Below are positions 56,733 through 64,000 of a stretch of 64,000 nt of DNA, one piece after another; the stretch's first letter is position 1; every line of letters begins with the position of its first letter. The notes under the pieces are model-generated. The model searched no databases. It saw only the letters and a list, made by a program, of their open reading frames with translations, and was not told the DNA's origin. The stretch covers positions 124,001 to 188,000 of the forward strand of contig QPGO01000102.1 in assembly GCA_008632985.1 (NCBI GenBank), given 5' to 3'. This DNA comes from Psammoneis japonica. Its lineage: Eukaryota. The position numbers and the translations under genes are program-made.

Positions 56733-57950
56733 TCATCTGGAGAAGCCAATCTTGGATGCAAAAGTGGCAAACTTGGAGTGATCGTCGATACTGAGCAGGT
56801 CCACGTTGCTTCTCAACATGAGGCGCCAAAGCTCTTCACGGTTAGGAGCACCCCATACCCGCAGACGCTTGCCTTGCTTGTTCGCAAGTTGGACCTTCTC
56901 GCGAATGTACGCTTCACCACGTCCCAGGAAGCGAGCCAATTGGAGTTTTCTCCATGGCAGGCTCACCATGGGGACCAAGCTGGTGTCAGTTTCACTGTCG
57001 AGGTCGTGGTCCCGACCATCGATAAAGATGAAGCGGCTGTTTGAGTCCTTGGAAACCAGGCTCTCTGCTTTTGGTCGGTTGCCTGATACAAGAATGGTCA
57101 CCTTACCATGGTGGAACTTTCCGTTCTTATCGACCTTGGATAGGTAAGGATGGAGGGGTTTGATGGCTTTGTGAAGAAGAGCCATGGATTCTTCGGCGTC
57201 TGCCTTGAAGTCGACGAGGAGTGTGATGGCTTCGTCATCCATGTTCATTAGATGGTTGCTCGTGGTTGATTCCTGGCTTGCTCGAAGACCTGGCGTGTTT
57301 CGTCGGGCAACGGGGAAGGGTCTTTCGTCGGACTCTGAAGTCACTCGTGGGTCAGAGCGTGAAAGAGGGCTTCTTGAACGCGATACGACCTTCAAAATTG
57401 GTTCAACATAAAGATTCTCAATTGTTCGGCTGGAATCGAGTTCGAATCGAGTGTGCCCCACCCAAAGTTGATCGTTGCGAGGAAACACATCGACCTCGAC
57501 GCTCTTGATACCGTGCTGAAGAGCAGAACCCAGTGGATCTTCTTGGTGGTAATCATTGTGTGAGTGCGCCCGATGTGTTAGTAGGCCCACGCGTTGCGAG
57601 ATTCTCCCTAAAATACTAAGGGTCGATGTTCCACTGGCATCTGAGTAAGACAGGCCACAGTGAGCAATCGGATAGTGGCTACTTCTTCCCTTGAGGAGGA
57701 ATGAGGGCAACATAAGCGCCCGAAGCAGTGTCTTCATTGTCGTTTTGAAGGCCCCATTGAAGCAAGTTGCACCCGGTCGTCGCTTGACGTTCGTTCTGGA
57801 GAGTACATTCGAACGGTTCAAAGACATGGAGGAGACAACCTTTTCGTGAGCTGCTTTCCTTCCTCTTGTCCGACAGCGCGAGCAGTCAAGCACTCTTGTA
57901 GAAGAGTCGACACTCGATTGTGTTTCCGAAGATGAGTAGTGGTAACACAT
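56733..57950 (-). CDS. AIM6-like PLC-type (TIM-barrel) phosphodiesterase
   Basis: 'AHSHNDY', 'GIKSVEVDV', 'LWVGH', 'LYVEPIL', 'LLVDFK', 'SGNRP', 'LRVWGAP', 'W..ML...VDL...DD'. Start uncertain. Confidence 0.85.
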   Translation of the reverse strand: MCYHYSSSETQSSVDSSTRVLDCSRCRTRGRKAAHEKVVSSMSLNRSNVLSRTNVKRRPGATCFNGAFKTTMKTLLRALMLPSFLLKGRSSHYPIAHCGLSYSDASGTSTLSILGRISQRVGLLTHRAHSHNDYHQEDPLGSALQHGIKSVEVDVFPRNDQLWVGHTRFELDSSRTIENLYVEPILKVVSRSRSPLSRSDPRVTSESDERPFPVARRNTPGLRASQESTTSNHLMNMDDEAITLLVDFKADAEESMALLHKAIKPLHPYLSKVDKNGKFHHGKVTILVSGNRPKAESLVSKDSNSRFIFIDGRDHDLDSETDTSLVPMVSLPWRKLQLARFLGRGEAYIREKVQLANKQGKRLRVWGAPNREELWRLMLRSNVDLLSIDDHSKFATFASKIGFSR

Positions 57951-59416
57951 TTTACGATTCTATGAGAACTTTTAGTTGAGATGTAGATTCGTTTGTTGTT
58001 GTGGACAGCGGTGTAAGCGCGCTGTTTGCAATCTGACAATGGGCAACACGTAAGAAGAAAAAGTGAGATTCATCGTCCTCGTAGGATATCTACGACAGAT
58101 TCTCGTACAAGAAAAATCGCGCATTTGCAGACGTGACGTAACAGTGAGAGCAAGGAATCTGGCAGCTGCGCAATGAAAGGGGACGCCTCTCTAGAAATAT
58201 ATGATTTCTTGGCGTATGACAACGATAAAAGAATGTGTGATAATACAAAAGGGGGAGTCCCTCCAGGATGACACATTGTTTCTGCTTACGTCAGGCCGAC
58301 ATCTCAAACAACGCTCATTTATTGGATGAGACAGTGGTGACGTCTGCAGTTGTCGATGACACAGAAACAAAGGTGGTGGCGCGAGGGGCGGCGGCACTTC
58401 AGAACTTCCCGCCGACAGACGAACCACAAACCCTGCGCGACGACGACGACGACCAACGGCGGCTTTCTGCCAATCTCTGCTCTTTGACATACCGTACGCG
58501 ACGATGAACTTGCGAAAGAATCAATCGTTTCAACAGAATCAAATAGAGTGGACAGGACGTTGTGACTAGTAATGCAAATACATGGCAGGCAGTTGGACAA
58601 GGGGCGATGCGATAAGTGCTTCTGCAAAGTCGCAATGCCAGCAAAAAAAGTGATGAACGCTGACCTACAATTGTCTCGCAACAACATCTGCATTCAACGT
58701 TTCCAATCTCAGTAAAGCATAGTAATAATCGACTTTCGAGTGTTGTATTTGAGTCAAAACGTACCTCTTGAAGGCTTCGAGAAAAGACAACTTGTTGTCT
58801 CGTGGTCAAGCGATAGAACAAAAAGTGAGCCTGCTCACGATTTCTTGTTGTTGCGATAGATAACGTGACGACGAGAAGCCCGTATGGAGAAGAAAACCCT
58901 TGAAGGACGCGAGAACTTTATGTGCTGAAACACAAAATGACACGATCGTGTTGCTAATTGTTTTGCGTTTGCTTTATTATGTGATTGGATCGGCATCACC
59001 GCTCTCGGAAGTTCAGCGACACCGTGTTGGCACCTGCTCGAGCAGAAAGACGTCATTTTGAAATTTTAGTACTGAATCAACGTAGATTTCTACGTCGGTG
59101 TCGGCGGCATTTTTGGTGTCAACATGAGTCAGTCACGTGTGTAAAACGGCACTCGGGACTGAAACTTCCCTCCGAGACCTCCGAGACATCACGACCGCTG
59201 TCACATGCAATTTCCGTTGGATGCAATATTTGAGCCGCAGGGCTTCAGCTTTGGCAGAGACTAAAGATAACAGCCACTAACGAATGTCGCCGAATCGTTT
59301 CTTGTTGTTCTATCGCTAGTTGATCGAGGCTTTGTTGAAAATATGACTTCCTCGTTGATGGTTGTCTTGTGGTGCTTTTTCGCACACCAAGCATGTAATA
59401 CCGCGCTACTTTCGGC

Positions 59417-60372
59417 ATGGAGTCCATGGCGGTGTTTCTATTGGTAAGCGAAACGAATCCTAAGGAATTGGCTACATATTTTTTTTTGTCTGTTTGTTGG
59501 CGACTGAATTTTCAGTTCGTTCTTCTGCTGGTCGCTTTTTTTCAGGGGAATGGAAGATTTTCATGACGACGAATCGTGGTTTTGCAATTGGTACTCCACA
59601 GGTCATTTGCATGTAACGACGTTATTGATTTGTTCGGCACTGGGGAAAACCGCAAAAGCCTTTGAAATGGCACTCGCTTACATGTGCTGCATAATTATTG
59701 TCATTCATTCAGTTCTGGATTGGTGGAGTGGCGATTTGTTGGACCCGCCCTTGGTGCTTGTGCAAGTTATTCAACACGTATTCGTCCTTGGTTTAGTGTG
59801 GTTCTATACAATGTCAAAGAGAAGGACGCATTCGCCAAATATATTCAGCGATGAGGTAAGCAAAGCGGATACGGAAGGGGACGACGAAAATGCAAAGGAT
59901 GAAATTGAACCACGGTCAAGAAGGACAACCACAGGTTGCGTGGCATTCCAGTTTGTGGCGTCCTTGTTTCGATATGTCGACATGGCATTTGGGGGTCGAA
60001 TCGAAAGCTATATAGGGGAAATGTCAAGGTAAGAGGAGATATGATTTGCAGCCTCTTGCTTTGACCAAGGTAGACGGCATGACTCATTTCTACATCCGGA
60101 TCCTCCTTGTCCACAGTCCAAATTCGGAGGACGTTTTCAACCGGTTTAGTGCGGATTTGGGTGTAGTTACATTGTTGCTAGCATTCACTCTTTGGCGTTG
60201 CAATGACAGACAACAAAAGAACGTGTTGTACGGCCATGCTCTGGTGCTATTTGTATCACAACTCATGCTCGTTGGCAGACAAGGAGACTTGATCCGACAA
60301 CCCGACGAGGACATTGCGTGCATTGTCACCTTTACATTGATTGCAGTAGCCTTTGCCGGATCATTGCTATAG
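59417..60372 (+). CDS. Hypothetical multi-pass membrane protein (intron-containing)
   Basis: Hydrophobic ORFs 59550-60032 and 60046-60372 with GT donors at 59444 and about 60029. Exon structure uncertain. Confidence 0.45.
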
Positions 60373-61288
60373 GTTCGTCATTTACTGCATTTTTGAATCT
60401 CGTATGGGTTGCACTGCTGGATTTGTTTCCGCCGTTTCGGACGACTGCTGAGCTTCCTCTGTACAGACAGAATCATCACCACTAGGGTTTGGTCACTTAC
60501 ATCGACGGGAAATTAGGAAGCATTCAATGGCTTTATCAGTTGCCGTCGTCCCGCTCTCTCACCCTACTACTGCTAGTGCTAGGTCCTAGTACAGGTCACG
60601 TCTTTTCGAGGAGAATGGCGTCAATATTTTTGCAGATTTCGTTCCGCTCAGAATTTCTGATTCGTCTAGAATATGCTAACCACACCCGAGGGTTCAATCG
60701 TCATCTCCTGAATCCCCTTGACTTTGATGTAACGTCCAAATATTTGCAAGTCATTGTAGCTGGTGTGACACCCTACAACAGAAATCAAAAAGCCATAAAC
60801 TCAGACGATCTAAGCCGAGACGATTCGATTCTCAGAAACATGAATCTTCTGTACTGTCCACTCAAGCAGTTTCGAATTTTGAACAATGAGCCTTTCTTTC
60901 CCCTTCCTCGTTTCATCAAACCCGGATTGTAAAACGCCCATGACTGCATTATACATATGACGCGGAGTTGTTGACAAACGCCTCTGTCGTCATATTTGCT
61001 AACACGGAGTTGCTCTTCTACTGTATTTCGAACAGCTTGCCCACAACATCCACTACATCTACTCTATTAGTGTTTCCCGCCAAAGCAGTTTTTGTTTTGC
61101 GCATTTTTTCGAAAATGTGAGAGTCCGTCTGTCAACCGGAGCGTGAAATCGAATGGCCGCCGATTTCTACGTCGAAGCCTACCAACAAGCATGTAAGTAG
61201 AAATCCGTTATCACTCTTTGTACACTCAACAACGAACGACGACCAGAGATCTTTTTGGTTGAAGTGATGTCTCTGGCATAACTGCAAA

Positions 61289-62532
61289 ATGATGATGGTC
61301 AAGAAACGGTGTGCCGTCGCTCTACTCGTGGCCATGATGGCCACGGTTCATGGCTTTAGTACTACTACCCCAACAACAACAACAAACGTTCGACGACAAG
61401 GTTCGAGATTGTCAGCTGCTAGTGATGCGGACACCTTGACCGAGTACATGGTGAAGGCACACGAGGAGAAATTACGTGCCGTCAAGGATGCCGAAGATAA
61501 AAAGAATGCTGAAATTCAGGTATGTATGGAGAAAACAGTTCGAGTGGAATGGAATATGATGTTTTCTAATCTGATGTTTACCCTCTTCATCATGAATTCC
61601 AATCAATTTTTTTTTCTCAGGCACTCAAATCCGAAATTGAACAACTCAAGTCATCTTCCTCTTCTTCGGCTCTTGTGGCTCCATCCGCAGTAACAGCCGA
61701 TTCCAAGGAAGAACTTGCTGCCAAGGTGATTGCTTATCAAAATTTCATTGCAAAGTATATTGTAGAAGCACAAGAACAAAAAGTCAAGGCGGTCAAGGCT
61801 GCCGAAGATGCGGTAAAGCAAAAATATGAAGACAAGCTCTTGCTTCTTGGTGGCGCTGCTGCACCTCCCGTGTTGGCAACAGCAGCAGCAACAACACAAG
61901 AACCCAAATTGTACAAGGATCGTAATGCTCAAGTGGGTGCTGCGGCGGCAGTTGGAAAGTCTCGATGGGGAGACAAAGAAGTGGAACGTGTTGCCAAGGG
62001 AGGACCGGGCGTGGCACCCGTCAATGTCGGTGCTGCCGCATTGCAGTCGGCTGCTAGTACTACTACTACAGCACCAGCCGTCAATGGTGCAGCTGCCACT
62101 GCTGCTCCTGTAAATGGTGTACCGATTCCACCCGAAGTAGAAGCTGCGGATCATGGATTACGTTCCGATGGAAGTGTCGGTGGATTGACCCTGGCCGAAC
62201 GAGTCGCCTTGGGTGCTACTACTACTACGAGTGGCTCAACAGCTGCTGCTGCTCCGCTTGCCATGCCGTCTCCCAAGACAATTCTATATCAAGGACGAAA
62301 CAAAATGGTTGCTGCAGCCGGCAAAGCATCTCGTTGGGGTGAAATGGAAGTTCAAAAGGCAATCCAATTGGCGTCCGATGCGGCTGCTGCTGCAATCTCT
62401 GGAGGAGCAAGCAGTAGTAGTAATGGTGTGGATGTACAAGCTGCCGACCATGGACTACGATCGGACGGTAGCGTCGGTGGTCCATCTCTGGCGGAGCGCG
62501 TGAATTTGGGAGCTCAATTGTTGGGTCAGTAA
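61289..62532 (+). CDS. Hypothetical plastid-targeted Ala-rich repeat protein; intron 61520-61620
   Basis: Signal peptide 'VHGF' and a Thr/Arg transit-like stretch. Duplicated motifs 'Y..RN..V.AA....SRWG..EV' and 'AADHGLRSDGSVGG..LAERV'. Confidence 0.85.
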
Positions 62533-62665
62533 TTGGACTGAAAGTCAGTAATTGGACTGAAAGAATTGTTTTGTGGAGGTAATCATAGAGTATGGCTACA
62601 ATTCATAAGTATTGTAAAAGCGTGCCACTTTATCTTAATGATTGCTACTATATCCAATCTTCTCT

Positions 62666-63244
62666 TTACAATTGAATTTCGGTTCCATGTTGTTCCATCA
62701 TGGCATGAAACCAGTCTTCCGCATCATGACTACTACAAATGAGCGAACACATGGGTGTTCCGGTATCTGTCAAGAATCGCATAACTCTCATGACTTGATC
62801 CGAATTTGGCTGTTTTTGCTTTTCCGATAATGATATTTTGGAAACTTGTCCCAATTTGACATGAAATTCAAACGACTGATCTGCAGATGCCAACGTCATG
62901 AGCGGTTCTCCCGTGGTGGGTGAACCTGAGACCTTGCACGTGGGTCCCAATTTGGACGTTGTTTCCAAAATGGCACCATTGCCCACCACCACGACACGAA
63001 ATTCCAAATCCGATTTGTGAATTTGAGTTAAAAAGTCACAAACGCGAGTTTGAGGAGGAGTCAATTCCAATTCTGTTGCAGTTGTTGTTGTTGTAGACCG
63101 AATCGTGCTTCTTGTTTTTGTTGGTATGTTTACTCTAGACCAGGACGGCGTCACGGTAAATCCATCAACTTGCGTTGTTGAACAAAGGATGATGAATAAC
63201 ACGCACAACGTCAAGGAACGACAGGGGTTGTTTGACTTCATCAT
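62666..63244 (-). CDS. ChuX/HutX-like heme-utilisation protein with a signal/plastid presequence
   Basis: 'FRVVVVGNGAILET', 'FEFHVKLGQVSKISL', 'VMRFL' and an N-terminal signal peptide ending 'VDGF'. Confidence 0.6.
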   Translation of the reverse strand: MMKSNNPCRSLTLCVLFIILCSTTQVDGFTVTPSWSRVNIPTKTRSTIRSTTTTTATELELTPPQTRVCDFLTQIHKSDLEFRVVVVGNGAILETTSKLGPTCKVSGSPTTGEPLMTLASADQSFEFHVKLGQVSKISLSEKQKQPNSDQVMRVMRFLTDTGTPMCSLICSSHDAEDWFHAMMEQHGTEIQL

Positions 63245-63497
63245 GGTGAATAGCTTCTCGCAAATATCTTGTGTGACAACGCGAAGTCCCCGCTCAAAAC
63301 AGAAAAAGATCTTTTCAGCTTGGCACAGACACGTTCGGTTCAATGTGAGCAATCTCAGTCGAACTCTCGCACCGACAAATGTACCAGATAAACAGACAAG
63401 CCGATGCCAATGCCTTGTAGAAACAATACTGAGTTCTCTGTGGCCCAAAGATCGGTCATTATTTCATCTGCTTCTGACAAAATTGATCTCCATCACC

Positions 63498-64000
63498 ATG
63501 GCGCTGTCTTCGTCTCAACGGAGCGGCACCGAATCATCATCATCATCCGCCGTGGTTCGTCCCGCTCCAACAAATGAACAGCATCAGCAACAACAAGAAC
63601 AAAGTTCAGCAGCCGCCGCTACTGTCAAACTGCTACTCCAAGAAGACCCTCTGTTGACCCAACACGAGCTTCATGTCAATCATCATCATGACCATGACAA
63701 TGATCATGATGCGCATGTCTGTGCCTATGCCGCGGCTCTGCTACTACAAGACGATCATGAACAAGTAGTCGAAACCCGTGCTACACAAGCGTTGGAGGAT
63801 GTACAACGCAAATTGACACTTGTCGAAAGCTTGGCGGAACGTGTCTCGCGTACCAGTCCCGAAGCAGTTGCGGGGCCCTTGCTCAAGTTGCACGGATACA
63901 CTACACTACAACATGAACAACAAGACGAAAGCAGCGAGGAACAACAACAACAACCCATGACACTGGTGGCAACGCGCGAAAAGTGTCATCGTTTGGAACG
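63498..64000 (+). CDS. N-terminus of a coiled-coil protein truncated by the window end (possibly COG5-like)
   Basis: Open frame from ATG 63498 to the window end: 'CAYAAALL...ALEDVQRKLTLVESLAERVSRTSPEAVAGPLLKLHG'. Family assignment is tentative. Confidence 0.55.
   Translation, partial: MALSSSQRSGTESSSSSAVVRPAPTNEQHQQQQEQSSAAAATVKLLLQEDPLLTQHELHVNHHHDHDNDHDAHVCAYAAALLLQDDHEQVVETRATQALEDVQRKLTLVESLAERVSRTSPEAVAGPLLKLHGYTTLQHEQQDESSEEQQQQPMTLVATREKCHRLE

Noticed and set aside
62524..62563. 20-bp tandem duplication across a stop codon (gtcagtaattggactgaaa x2)
   Set aside because: Ordinary micro-duplication with no coding effect.

Overview
Eukaryotic genomic DNA, most likely from a diatom (short GT-AG introns, bipartite plastid-targeting presequences, a diatom-type LRR family, a Copia remnant). 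The window alternates between two kinds of sequence. (1) Ordinary host gene blocks (about 21.1-35.4 kb and 40.4-64 kb) hold two LRR paralogues, a HEATR5/SWEETIE-like gene, SF3A3, a JmjC/cupin protein, Janus/PHPT1, a tesmin/Lin54 CXC protein, a ROD/KNTC1-like gene, an AIM6-like phosphodiesterase, a ChuX/HutX-like protein and several hypothetical proteins. (2) Mutationally scarred blocks (about 1-21 kb and 35.4-40.4 kb) have TpA systematically converted to TpG/CpA, the reverse of fungal RIP; from about 14.5 kb onward and in the second block CpG is also converted to TpG/CpA. In the most degenerate blocks the surviving TA sites are almost all in YTAR context. The window contains both intact and scarred copies of the same LRR and HEATR5 sequences, so the direction of change can be read directly. 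The first 14 kb hold a large Helitron-type Rep/PIF1 helicase gene whose two catalytic tyrosines have become histidines. Next to it is a compact cluster of SET-domain, TET/JBP-like 2OG-Fe(II) dioxygenase and DOT1-like methyltransferase genes, a candidate mobile 'epigenetic toolkit'. All family calls come from motif recognition by eye; no database searches were run.
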